The notes: generated by a model not told the origin, from the letters alone. A stretch of DNA of 64,000 nucleotides from Octopus sinensis (GCF_006345805.1 NC_042997.1:176142001-176206000); one strand, 5' to 3'; shown: positions 25,435 to 37,962, counted from the stretch's first letter. Made by a program: numbers and translations.

Positions 25435-25648
25435 GTGAGTGTCTCTTTTTTAATTGAAAATTTATGATTTGTAAACATTAAATAATTTTCTCTAATGGGC
25501 ACGTTGGGTTTGCCGGTTGTTATGATAGGGATTCCTTTATTTCTCTTTCTTACTCTCTGCCATAACTTCTTTTGGGTACACCAATTCCACAGATTGCTCT
25601 CATGCTTGCAGATAGCTAGTCAGTGTTATTTTCATTCATTATATTTAA

Positions 25649-26097
25649 TGCTTTAGCTTTTAAACCAGCCTTATTTGGCCCAAATATTCTTATTTCTTTA
25701 CTACCCACAAGAGGCTACACACACAGGGGACAAACAAGGACAGACAAACGGATTAAGTCGATTATATTGACCCCCAGTGCTTAACTGGTACTTATTTAAT
25801 CGACCCCGAAAGGATGAAAGGCAAAGTCAACCTCAGCGGAATTTGAACTCTGAACGTAGCGGCAGACAAAATACCGCTAAGTATTTTGCCTGGCGTGCTA
25901 ACATTTCTGCCAGCTCACCGCCCAAATATTCTGTTTGCTTTATATTCAAACTAGCCAGATCTGGCCTCTTACACTTACCCAATGATGTCATTCTGAAAAT
26001 AATCACATTAACAAAATATTGACCCTACAAAATGATGCATGATTAATTCAAGACAAATAAGCATTACATTTGACAGAGTAATCTGAATGCTAAAGGG
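25649..26097. mobile_element. piggyBac-type TTAA MITE carrying a family B SINE
   Basis: TTAA flanks; right end ATCTGAATGCTAAAGGG; same body as 50530-50749. Confidence 0.8.
25691..25922 (-). mobile_element. Meta-domain SINE (family B)
   Basis: Full-length copy; CAAATATTCT duplicated at 25681-90 and 25923-32. Confidence 0.9.
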
Positions 26098-26119
26098 TTA
26101 ATATTGTTCAGTATGAGCT

Positions 26120-26600
26120 GATGATCATACTGATGTGCTTGCATGGGCTCCTTCAGGCATGCTTACCTGAGGGCAGCCATTTCTCTTCATGGACACCTGC
26201 TCTTAAATCTTGTCATAAATCATCACACACAAACTTATCAGTTAAAGAAATTTCAGAGTTTTATCTATCTGTCTGGTCAAGTTACTTGCCTAGTCCAATA
26301 CAACTCTTCCACACCAGATGTCCTGATCTTCAATAGCAATCTTCATAACCTCAACCTGATATCCAGTGTCTTCCACAAGTTGATCAATATGATCTTCTTT
26401 GTCTGCTGTTTCTTGGCTCTTTGACTCAAATCAAAGAGTAGTGTCTTCTCATCAGCTTAATATCTGACACAATCCTTATTTGGGGCCATCAGTGTTAAAC
26501 TGGTTTTTAGAATTAGGAGATGAGTGAGGGACTTCTTTCACTTTGCCATGAGTTGGCCTGGTATTTCAGTGCTTCCAGGATTCATAAGAACACAAATAAT
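26120..26600 (-). mobile_element. Degraded LINE (RTE-like) ORF2 C-terminal fragment
   Basis: Minus frames weakly resemble the RTE C-terminus (LDIRLRL..IRTSGVEELY); many stops. Confidence 0.4.
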
Positions 26601-28822
26601 TCCTTAAAGTGAGTCTATGATAATGCTTTGAGTCATAAAATGCTTCGTTTCTATTATCTAATGTTGATTGTGGTATGTAACTTTTTATAAAAACATTAAG
26701 CTTATTAGAGTATGAATTGGGTTTTGTTTGAAACTGTTTTGAAACATAACTTGGCATTTTCCTTTCTATTTTTTTCTTTTTCATTTTGTGTGTGTTGCCC
26801 TAAAGAATTAATTAATTTTGTTAGCTAACAATCTAAGAAGAGGGTGGGGAGTAAAAGTTGTTCATCAAGAAATACAGGAATATTGGAAGCTATTTGTTGC
26901 TGAGATACGTAAACAGATTTATGGATTTTTCACCAATGATTTTGTAATTCTTGTGTGCTGCACAAAGGCATCCAATTTTACTAGTGTATTGCCTGTGGCT
27001 AGATTACATGACTGTCTTTCAAAGTATCAACATCAATTTCAATATTTTAGCTTCCACACAAATTCTTTGCATAGGATTTATTGAGCCATTGCTGAAGCTA
27101 CAAACATTCAGTTTGTCTTGTGTCTACAAAATTTCTGTTTCTTCTCATGAATCTTGTCAGTATTTCATTCTGAATGAATTTCTTGTTTATATCCTATCAC
27201 ACTAAATACACAAAGGAAAATATTTTATTTAGATTTTTGTTGCATTTACTGATTGCTGTTTTTATCTATGGATGTGAAGAACAGCTCTAAAATGCCAGTT
27301 TTTTTTGGTGTAATTAGTTTTTCTGTGTACCAGTTTAGAGAATTATATATCTATTTGTTCATTTCATTATAACAATTGGGAAATGATACCATCCTTGGTT
27401 ACAAGTTTCTAGTGAGCCAGTCACTCATTCACTGTATTCCTAATGGTCAGAGGAATAAAGGAGAGTCTGTAACTCAATGAAGAACAAATATTCCAGAATA
27501 CTTTTAACAAGCACCAGTTTTTCAGTTTTCTCACCAGTCCTTATACCTTCTCCAAAACACACACACATATGTTACCTTGCATGGAAACAAGTGAGGATTG
27601 GCAACAGGAAGGGCATCCAACAGAAGAAAACCTGCTTCAGCGAATTCCATCTAACCATGCAAAGACGAAAAAGTGGATGATAAAATGATGATGATGATAA
27701 ATACAAAGAAATATGATGGGCTTCTGTATAGTTTTCCTTTATAAAATTTCATGGACAAGGTATTGGCCAACCTTAGGTTATGATAGGAGTTACTTGCACA
27801 AATTGCCATGCAGTGAGATAGAACCTGGAATCACATGATTGGAAGGTGAGCCTCTTAGTTACACAACCATACTACATCTATTGTAAAAGTTTTAGAGGCA
27901 TACATTTTTATTGAGTGATTTTTCTTCATAATTATTCCAACATAAATTACAAAATTCAGCTAATTAATTATATGTTTATATCTAAACGAATGAGCAACTA
28001 ATGATCTCATGATTTTGATTACTGATATTATTCTCTGAGAGGTAAGCTGGCAGAATCATTAGCATGTCTGACAAAATGCTTAGCAGCATTTCTTTCATCT
28101 CTTTATGTTCTGAGTTCAAATCCTGCCAAGATCAACTTTGGTTTTCATCCTCTCAGTACTGGTGTTGATGTAATTGACTTGCTCTCCCCATCTCATAATT
28201 GTGCCAAAATTAGAAAGGTTGTTATTTTCTCATTCTAACTTGAGTATTTAGCTTCCCTTCCTCAAAGTTCCTTTAAAACATCATCATTTTACATTTGCTT
28301 TCCAGGTTGGCATAGGTTTCATGGATCATCAGAATTCAAGTCAATTCTCTATATACCTAGAGAAAAATACATTCATACATGTTGAAATAACATGCTAACA
28401 CTGTGTTAAGAATGGCTTAATGAAATATAATTAAAAATTAATCTGGTCATTTGTAGAAGATTCTTCAGACATTTTATTTTTGATTTTTGTCTTTTATTAA
28501 TTATGGTAATGTGAATCAAATTCTTAATTTGTTGAAACTTCCTCTCGCACAAAAGGCAGAGATATTCTTAAAAGAACACTTGAGCAAAAAAAAAAAAGAA
28601 AAAAGGTAATTTAAATCTCCTATTAGATAGATGTAATCTAAATCATCTCAAGATTTTTTTTTTTTTTTTTGAGAAGCAGAAAATTATTTTAGGGAAAGAA
28701 AAAACAGTGAAAGGACTCTTTGAGTCTGTGTTTCTGTGTTATTGGCATGATGATGTTTTATAATTGTAACCACAAAGTATTTATTGCAGCTTTGAAACTT
28801 CTCTAATTTCTGTTTGTTTCAG

Positions 28823-28942
28823 CTCCTGAATCAACCAAACCAAGAATCAACAAGTACTCGATTAGATAACCAACAAGTTGAAATTCCATTACACTCTTTG
28901 GATGCTAATGGACATGTCCAGATCAATGAGCATGAAACTGAG
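28823..28942 (+). CDS. Internal coding exon, polar linker (phase 0 to 0): LLNQPNQESTSTRLDNQQVEIPLHSLDANGHVQINEHETE
   Basis: TTTCTGTTTGTTTCAG| acceptor and GAG|GTAAGT donor. The 120 nt are open and phase-compatible with both neighbouring exons. Confidence 0.85.
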
Positions 28943-28974
28943 GTAAGTTGTTACATGATAAAAGTTGACTTTAA

Positions 28975-30056
28975 CCCTTTTGTTACCAAACCACCCAAAG
29001 CCGCCTGAAAAAAATTTTGGTTTATGAAACCAAACCGCCCAAAGCCGCCCGAATTTACCTATTCATATTTAAATGAGAATATCAGAGCAAATCTCTTCAG
29101 TACATTCGTGAAAACACGTATTATACTTCGTAAACAGTTCAACTACAGTTTTGTACAATAATCGAAGTGTAATTTTAATTCCGTGAATTTTGGGAGATTT
29201 TTTTCCGAAATTTGTTCCTATTGTGTTTTCAAAATTTGTAATTCTGACAAAAAATGGATACGAATTTCATTATATCAAGCAGCGAGTCAGAATTCAAAGG
29301 ATTTTCTACTGAAGACCTTCATAAATCTAACTCTATGACTGAAAAAAAAAAGCACATGGTATTTGATAATGAATTTGATGTTTCATTTTCCGAAAGTGAA
29401 AACAGTGAATCTGAGATCTCCAATAGCGATAAAGAAAACGAATTGGCACCTGAATGGAGTGAAAATTTAAAAACTGTTTCTTTCGGTGATTTTTCTGCAG
29501 AAACTGGACCAAGCCACAGACTTTCCCAGAAGGGTAAAGCCTTAGGCTATTTCTATTTACTTTTTCGAATGAGCCTATTTGAAATCATTACAGTGAAAAC
29601 GAACCGTTACGCTAAACGTAAACAAAACGAAAGAAAGGATAGTTTGTTATTTCCCACAACCTTAAATGAAATTAAGGCCTATTTTGCCATAAATATTATT
29701 ATGGGTATCAGAAAGTTACCCAGAATAACAAATTCTATCGTAAAATTTTGTTGTATACCCAATTGAATATTAGCTAATATTTTCTATAGTGATGTTTGAA
29801 CAAAATTTTAATAATTTTATATTTTGTGGAATTTACCTGTATCTACCTGCAAATAGAGTCACTTTGTGACAAAAATTATAGTATAGAATTGGTTGAGAAT
29901 ATTTCATTAAATTATCTTCCAAAAATCAGATTAATATATCGATAAATAAAAAAGTTATAGTTGTTTAATGAAACCAGACTCAATTTATGATTACGTTAGA
30001 AATTAATTGAAACACATAAGGGGTGTAATTTGGTCAGAAATATAGTAACGAAAGGG
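28975..30056 (+). mobile_element. Internally deleted piggyBac retaining the transposase N-terminus
   Basis: TTAA at 28971-74 and 30057-60; TIRs CCCTTT(T/C)GTTAC. ORF 29254-29766 has an acidic N-terminus then ALGYFYLLF...TNRYA...TTLNEIKAYFAINIIMGIRKLP (DDE_Tnp_1_7 start) and breaks at a deletion. Confidence 0.92.
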
Positions 30057-30235
30057 TTAAGAAATAATAGAAATTTCTTTGATTTCTTCCCTCTCTTGTC
30101 CTTCTAAATTTGTTTTGCCTTTAATTATGATTGATTGTTTTTAGGATCTGGAAATCATCTAGTTCTTCTTATCCCAAATGCAGGGGTGAGATATGGCAGA
30201 AATTATATTGTTGTTTAATAAAGAGTAATTAACAG

Positions 30236-30669
30236 GAGTAGCTATGTAATAAGAAGTTTGCTTCCAAACCAGATGGTTTTTTATTCAGTCCCACTGCATG
30301 GCACCTTAGGCATGTGTCTTTTACTATAGTCCCAGATCAACCAAGGCTTTGTGAGTGGATTTGGTAGATAGAAACTAAAAGGCGGCGAGCTGGCAGAAAT
30401 GTTAGCATGCCGTGTGAAATGCTTAGCGGTATTTCGTCTGCTGCTACGTTCTGAGTTCAAATTCCACCGAGGTCGACTTTGCCTTTCATCCTTTCGGGGT
30501 CAATTAAATAAGTAGCAGTTACACACGGGGGTCGATTAAATAAGTACCAGTTATGCACTGGGGTCGATATAATCAACTTAATCCGTTTGTTTGTCCCCTC
30601 TGTGTGTATCCCCTTGTAGGCAGTAAAGAAGTAAGAAACTAAAAGAAGCCCATTGTCTGTGTGTGTGTG

Positions 30670-30709
<40 letters not shown>

Positions 30710-30950
30710 ACCTGCCTGCCTCTTCATCATCTTTGATATCTCATGTGATAGTTGTAAATGAGTGTCACCATTATGCAAGTGGTGTCCTTTGTTTCCAATC
30801 TTCCATGTAAACATAACTGATCTTGGGGAAATATTACCTTACCTGGAAACAGGTGAAGGTCAGCAACAGGAAGAACAGCCAGCTATCAAAACTCTGCCCA
30901 ACTCATGTGAGTATGAGTGGGCATTAAAACAGTGATGGTGATGAAGATAA
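30236..30950 (+). mobile_element. SINE with a nested family B SINE (30381-30633)
   Basis: TSD AGAAACTAAAA at 30370-80 and 30634-44; the nested copy has a short internal tandem duplication of the Meta domain end. Confidence 0.85.
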
Positions 30951-31252
30951 TGATATAAGGTTCTGCTTTTATGAGAGTGTCTTAGAATATCTTGAAATAT
31001 CCTTTCCTCATAGATCTCAATTTTTCATCTGATCTAGTTCTCCTAAGAGTTTTTTGGTTTTTTTAACTGATAATGAAACAAACAACATTGTTCTGTATAA
31101 TGTTTCTGGTGATATGTTAGAGTACATTTGGTTTAATTAAGCTTTACTTTTATATTTAACAGTGGTTTAGATAAAATTAATTCATCGTAGCATTTGATTC
31201 CCATTTCAAAAAATTATAACACCCAAGTAGTTTATGGTATTGTAACATGTAA

Positions 31253-31483
31253 GGCGGCGAGCTGGCAGAATCGTTAGGACAGTGGGCGAAATGCTTAGCG
31301 GTATTTCGTCTGCCATTACGTTGTGAGTTCAAATCCCGCCGAGGTCGACTTTGCCTTTCATCCTTTCGGGGTCGATAAATTAAGTACCAGTTACACACTG
31401 GGGTCGATGTAATCGACTTAATATCTATGTCTGTCCTTGTTTGTCCCCTCTATGTTTAGCCCCTTGTGGGTAATAAAGAAATA
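31253..31483 (+). mobile_element. Meta-domain SINE (family B)
   Basis: Full length; 16-bp TSD GGTATTGTAACATGTA at 31236-51 and 31484-99. Confidence 0.92.
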
Positions 31484-31752
31484 GGTATTGTAACATGTAC
31501 TTTTACTCCAAAGTAATGGGAGCATGTGTTTGTTTACATTTTACTAATTTTACTTACAAGTAAGCTTTAATAATCTTATATAGTTGTTTCATTGATAAAT
31601 TGAATAGATAAGTGTTTATATTTATGAGTCCTTCTTTCAGTGAATGCACAACATTGAAGTATCAAGTTTTTAAGTCAAATTATTTGTTCCAGTTGTTGAA
31701 GTTTAATGTTTCCTGGTTTTTTTTTTTATTCATTTAATTTTTTTTTTCTCAG

Positions 31753-31841
31753 ACAATTATTGACAAAGAAGAAATGTTAAACCAATTGAAGGCACAGTTT
31801 CCAAGTTGCAAAGGGTTCATAGTCAAAAATGTTCTGCAAAA
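31753..31841 (+). CDS. Internal coding exon, N-terminal part of a CUE-like domain (phase 0 to 2): TIIDKEEMLNQLKAQFPSCKGFIVKNVLQ(K/N)
   Basis: TTTTTTTTTCTCAG| acceptor and AA|GTAAGT donor. The 89 nt are open. LxQLKAQFP...IVKNVL resembles CUE helix1-(M)FP-helix2. Confidence 0.85.
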
Positions 31842-32417
31842 GTAAGTAAAAAGATACCTTAAAATTTTCTTGATAGTTAGTTTTTGAAATTTTATTCAGT
31901 ATACAATGTTACGCAACTTTTAACATTTCAGTTTTGAAATCATTTTATAGAATCCAGACCCTATAAAAAAATGAAAAAGAAAAGACTAGGTTACTTGGAT
32001 AATTATTTAGTCCTAGATTTTAATATAGGAATTGAAAAAGTAAGTTTGAAATGTATCAATTCATTCTTTTTTCTTCTGTCTAAGCTTAGTCAGAGGAGAA
32101 ACACACATGGTATACATTTACAGTGCCTCTAAGTCTAATGGGGAAAATACTATAACAGTAGATCTGAACTGAATGCTTAAAACTCTGCTAGAAGCATTGA
32201 AGGGCTAGGTAGGCATATTAAATTAGTCAGTAGATTGAGCCTGACACCCAAGAAAAGGCCTGTCCATCAAAAGGATTTTGCAGTTTCGATCTATCCAAAT
32301 TCAACCAGAAGGCTTGGGTTGACCCAAGATCATGGTAAAAATTATTTGCCTAAAAGGACCATGTGATTGTGAAATGAACTTCAAAATTCATGGATACAGG
32401 CTTGTATGTGTGCAGTG

Positions 32418-32975
32418 AGGGTGCATGGCTTAGTTGTTAGGGTATTCGGTTCATGATTATAAGGTGATGAGTTTGATTCCTGGCAGTGCACTGTGTCTTT
32501 GAGCAAGACACTTTATTTTACATTGCTCCAGTCCACTCAGCTGGCAAGAATGAGTATTACCGGTATTTCAAATGGCCAGCCTTGTTATATTCTGTGCCGT
32601 GCTGAATTTCCTTGAGAATTAAATTAAATTAAAAGTGGTGAGCTGGCAGAAACGTTAGCACGCCGGGTGAAATGCTTAGTGGTATTTCGTCTGCCCCTAT
32701 GTTCTGAGTTCAAATTCCGCCGAGGTTGACTTTGCCTTTCATCCTTTCGGGGTCAATTAAATAAGTAGCAGTTACGCACTGGGGTCGATGTAATCGACTT
32801 AATCCGTCTGTCTGTCCTTGTGTCTCCTCTCTGTGTTTAGCCCCTTGTGGGTAGTAAAGAAATAGGTATGAATGTCTGTGGAGTGCTCTGCCACTTTCGT
32901 TAATTTTACAAGTAGGCCGTTCCATTGATCGGATCAACTGGAACCCTCATCATTGTAACCATCAGAATGCTGTTT
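32418..32975 (+). mobile_element. tRNA-derived SINE (family E) with a nested family B SINE (32635-32864)
   Basis: GTGTCTTTGAGCAAGACACTTTATTT..TTGCTCCAGTCCACTCAGCTG body, shared with 45953-46285. Confidence 0.8.
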
Positions 32976-33475
32976 GTTTGTGTGTGTGTGTGTGTGTATA
33001 CATATATAGTAAACTTTCACTTTGCTTTCAGTTCGAACTGTTTGGTAATACTTAAATATATTGTGTATCATAAACAGAAACAAAAAGAAATCTTCACACT
33101 ATGCAAGTTAAATATAATAATAATACTAATAATGATAATAATGGTAATAATAATACATATATTCTTCAGGTTTTACCAACCTGAAAATTTCTTATCCAAA
33201 TATGTTACTCTCCCTGTTCTGCTGGGATGCCATTATCCAAAGCTATAATCTCATTAGTTCTATACAAAACTGATTTTTCCCTTTGTTAGCTAAGAGCTTT
33301 TAGCAACTTTATAAAATCAAACACTATATTCATTGTTTTATAATCTAAATCTGCTATGTTACTGTTGATTATTTCTTTATTCTTTTACACTTTGTACCAT
33401 TCTGTTATATATGTACCATCACAAGGAAGGTGCTTGTATGTGATCACTGAATCTGCAGGAAGTAGTAGGCAAATT

Positions 33476-33505
<30 letters not shown>

Positions 33506-33506
<1 letters not shown>

Positions 33507-33757
33507 AATTGGAAAAAAACCACCCTTTATCAATTCAAAATGAACAATTAAATTACACCATCTAGAAAATTACATATAATAGAAATATTAAATATAAAAT
33601 AACAATACTATACCGATTATTTATTATTTTGCACATTACTTAATCATCGATATATCATTGCTATTTCATATTTAATATTTCTATTATATGTAATTTTCTA
33701 GATGGTGTAATTTAATTGTTCATTTTGAATTGATAAAAGGTTGTTTTTTTCTAATTT
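33506..33757. mobile_element. Fold-back element embedded in (TA)n
   Basis: 101-bp arms (33506-33606 and 33657-33757) with a 70-bp perfect core and a 50-bp spacer. Confidence 0.9.
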
Positions 33758-34465
33758 ATATATATATATATATATATATATTTTGTGAAATTTGATTTAG
33801 TATTTCTAAATTGAATTTCTCCCTGTAAGTTAGGAATAATATTCCCTCAAATTATCATATATATATATATATATATATAAAGGGAAAGTTTACGAAAATA
33901 AACAAAAGACGAAGGCAGGTGGAGTACAAACAAACAAATGTATTAGTATATGTGTGTGTGATATAGAAATAATTTATTCTCAAATGCATAATAATGATAA
34001 TACAATAGCATAAACAGGATAAACTATCCATATATTGCAGAAAAATTCGTTACCAGCCAGCCATGATACTCAAACTCACATGCCTGTGATTGCGTGTCAA
34101 GTGCTTTACCTTTAAGCTGAACTATCCAGTAATGTATTTTTCTGTAATTTTAGGATTTATCAATTGATTACTGGGCAGTTTAGCTTAAAAGTAAAGCATT
34201 TGACGTGTAATCACATGGATGTGAGTTTGAATCTCATGACTATAATCTCATTTTTCTGCAATATATGAATAGTTTATCCTGTTCATGCTATTGCATTAGT
34301 ATTATCATGTGTTTGAGAATAAATTATTTCTGTATCTTTTAATACATCTCAATGCTTCTAAAACAAACTTTTACTGTCATCAAAGTTGAATTTATATATA
34401 TATATATATATTTATATAAGAATTTTTTGCATATAGTATATAGCTTATGATATTCTAAGGGATGG

Positions 34466-34726
34466 TGCAGAAATATGACAACTACCTACATTTGAGAGAC
34501 TGCACGTAGCATAGGAGAGCGTATAGGTGGACATTGGCGAGAGCTCAAAGAAGGGAAGAGCTTGTCAGTGCTCTACCAACATGCTCAGGCAGAACATGGA
34601 GGCTCGATTAATAGCATAGAGGTTAAAGTATTATCAACACATAGAACTGACAGGAAACATAGACAGATCACAGAGGCTACACACAATGCAGTAGACAGAC
34701 CGAGCCTCAATAGAAAACATGAATAG
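34466..34726 (+). mobile_element. Penelope-like element GIY-YIG endonuclease remnant
   Basis: CRNMTTTYI*ETARSIGERIGGHW...SVLYQHAQAEHGG...RQITEA...PSLNRKHE* matches YIGET.R....R..EH / H...H / R.I.EA / P.LN, with a stop replacing the Gly. Confidence 0.8.
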
Positions 34727-34919
34727 AACAGTAACACCCACCACAACACCACATGACTAAAGACAGAAAGGATGAGAAGTGAGAGGGAAAGAAGAAAAAA
34801 TCGTTAATAATATACAGAAACATACAGAATAATATACACACAATAGACATATATACACTTATAAGAAATAGAGGTAGATGTATAAAAAAATAAATAATTG
34901 ATAAATAGATAAATAAATA

Positions 34920-36062
34920 ATTATCATCATTATCATTTAACGTCTGCTTTTCATGCTGGCATGGGTTGGATGGTTTAACTGACAACTGGCAAGCCAGGAG
35001 GCTGCACCAGGCTCCAATCTGATCTGGCAAGGTTTCTGCAGCTGGATGCCCCTCCTAACACCAACCACTCTGAGAGTGTAGTGGGTGCTTTTTATGTGCC
35101 TCTGGCATGGGGGCCAGTCAGGCAGTACTGGCATCGACCATGCTCAAACGGTGCTTTTTACATGCCACCTGCACGGGAGCCAGTCAGGCGGCACTGGCAT
35201 TGACCATGCTCGATTGGTGCTTTTTATGTGCCACCAGCATGGGTGCCAGTCAGGCCGCACTGGCAATAACCACACTCAAATGGTGCCTTTCAGGTTCCAC
35301 AGGCGCAGGACCAGTCGGGTGGCAGTGATATCGACCACACTTATATGATAATTTTTACGTGCCACTGGCACAGGAGCCAGTAAGGCGGTTCTGGCGTCGG
35401 CCATGACAATGATTTCACTTGACTCAACAGGTCTTAAGCACAGCATATAACCCAATGATTAAAGGGTATTCTTAAAAGGGCCGGTTATGTGCCACTGGTA
35501 TAGACCACTGTTACAGTCTCATTTGGCTTGCTGGATCTTCTCAAGCACAGCATATTTCTAAAGGTCTCAGTCGCTCATCATTGCCTCCATGAGGACCAAT
35601 GTTCGAAGGTTGCACTTCACCACCTCATCCTAGGTCTTCCACAGGTTTCCTCTTCTGTTAGGGTGTGACACTTATTCATGCAGCTGTCCTTATCCATACA
35701 TAAGACATGACCATACCAGCGAAGTCGTCTCTCTTGCACATCATATCTGATGCTTCTTAAGTCCAGCTTTTCTCTCATGGTGCTTACACTCTGTTGTGTA
35801 TGCACATTGACATTACACATCCAGCGGAGAATACTAGCTCCATTTCTTGCAAACTTACACATGTCCTCAGCAGCCACAGCCCATGTTTCACTTTCATGTA
35901 GCATGGCTGTTCGCACACGTATCGTACAGTCTACCTTTCATTCTGAGCGAGAGGCCCTTTGTCACCAGCAAAGGTAGGGACTCTCTAAACTTTGCCCAGA
36001 CAATTTTTATTCTAGCAGCTACACTTTCAGAGCATCCCACTCCCGCTACTGACTGGGTCACC
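34920..36062 (-). mobile_element. Longest RTE LINE 3' fragment in the window
   Basis: ORF 35617-35916 reads MLHESETW...RRLRWYGHV...CGRPR, followed by the modular 3' UTR and tail. Confidence 0.9.
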
Positions 36063-36820
36063 TAGGTAAGGGAAGCTACCAACTATGTCTAGTTTTCCCC
36101 CTTGGCATGTGATGGATATATAATAAAGATATAAAGAAATATATAAATAGATACATAAATACATATATACATATATTTATCACATACCTGGGATAAATAT
36201 AAGGTATAGAGATTGCTAAAATAAATAAATAAATCTGTATAAAGAGCATGGATACATACAACATACAAAGTGAACACACACACAAACACACAAGAAATTT
36301 CACAGATGGCCACAACAATGTGAACAACACGATTAACAACGACAGTGGCGATGACAACGATAGCAATAACAACAACAAGAGGGTGAACACACATACACAG
36401 AGGAATACAGGAACTGTATCATAGTGTAATACACTATTATAACAACTTTACGGATATGTTTTTGGATAAGTATTAATTAAAAATCATAAGTACTATTCTT
36501 TTTCTAGACTTAATGGCGAATCTTGTTATACTTAAGTACTAGTATTATTTTCTTACTATTTATACACCCTGGTACCCCTAACAACAGATTAACTCACAAA
36601 TTATTTTTCTCAGTTATTTGCTAGTTTACTCATTTGCTCATTGACTTCGAGCTTTACACTACAAAACGGAATGATTCTAATTTATTAAGCCTTCTTTCCT
36701 CATCTTGAGGTCCTGCTCTTTCCTCTTCTCTCTTCTCATCTTTTATTTTATGTATTTGTATTCACTCTGATGAAGCTCCAAGCACTAGATCAGATGTGCT
36801 ATAAACATGACAAATATTTT

Positions 36821-37160
36821 GCAGTCCCACTGCATGACAACTTGGGCAACTGTCTTCTACTATAACCTTGGGCCAACCAAAGTCTTGTGAGTGGATTTGG
36901 TAGATGGAAACTGAAAGAAGCCCATGATATATATATGTGTGTGTGTGTGTGTGTGTTTTTGTATGCCTGTGTTGTCCCCCACCATCACTTGACAACTGAT
37001 GTTGGTGTGTTTATGTCCCTGTAAATTAGAAGTTCTGCAAAAGAGACCGATGGAATAAGTACCAGGCTTGCAAAGAATAAGTCTTGGGGTCAGTTTGTTC
37101 ATCTAACGACAGTGCTCCAGCATGGCCACAGTCGCATGACGGAAACAAACAAAATAAAAG
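36821..37160 (+). mobile_element. Family A SINE (5'-truncated)
   Basis: Matches 10167-10570; an inverted partial copy lies at 37680-37785. Confidence 0.8.
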
Positions 37161-37161
37161 A

Positions 37162-37203
<42 letters not shown>

Positions 37204-37962
37204 AAATAGAATCCAAACAGACTGGTGTTGGTCTGCATTGGCATCACTTGTTTTACTTAGTAAAATTGACAAAAAAAGTATTGTGAACTTCCTGTGGGGA
37301 GTGAAAAATCCAATGTTCCAGACAGTTCCTGTCTTCAAGGAAAAGTTGACAGGAAAAAACTAAACTAAAGAGACAGCAGGGTTTTACATTGTCTAAGTTA
37401 GAAAAACTGGCTGCAAGTGATAAGGAATGCAAGAAGGTTCATATATAGACAGGAAGTAGAAAGAAGATAAACTGAGTGAGAGAGGTGGAAAGAAAGAGGA
37501 ATTGTGCGAGGAGGAGAAGTGGGAAAATAATCATTTTGCAAGCCTTCAAGGCTTTATCTGAAGGCTTTCAATAGAATAGAATCTGCGAAAAGTGCTTAAG
37601 TATCCATGTTAAAAGAAGTCTACCACTCAATTACAGGTACAATCTATCCAATAGGTTCCTATTTAGCCAATAACATTTGCAAAGCTTAGGTTAACCCGAG
37701 GCTTTTGGAGAGGGCACAAGTTGTCATGCAGTGGGACTGAACCTGGAACCATGTGGTTGGGAAGCAAGCTTCTTACCACACAGCGACATAGATATAGATA
37801 TTTAATCTAGAGCTATGTTATGCAAAGAAACCTTAACATACAAAGCCATGCTCATGCTCAGATATACTGTGCCTGCAACAACAACAAAAGAGAGAACGGG
37901 GGTCAGGATGGTGAAGGGTAGAATGCTTTTGATCCTAGGTTTTTTAAATAAGAATGCCTTAA

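Noticed and set aside
28943-29766. piggyBac exon-trap fusion (CSB-PGBD3-like) of the linker exon to the transposase N-terminus
   Set aside because: An in-frame TGA at 29245-47 lies just before the ATG, and the AG sites at ~29100-29200 all lead to stops in phase 0.
30148-30195. AG..GTGAG pseudo-exon between the linker and CUE exons
   Set aside because: Stop in phase 0, so it is incompatible with the flanking phase-0 junction.
33170-33248. Candidate next exon (K-FYQPENFLSKYVTLPVLLGCHYPKL*)
   Set aside because: Phase-compatible, but the pyrimidine tract is weak and there is no CUE helix-3 resemblance; unresolved without RNA data.
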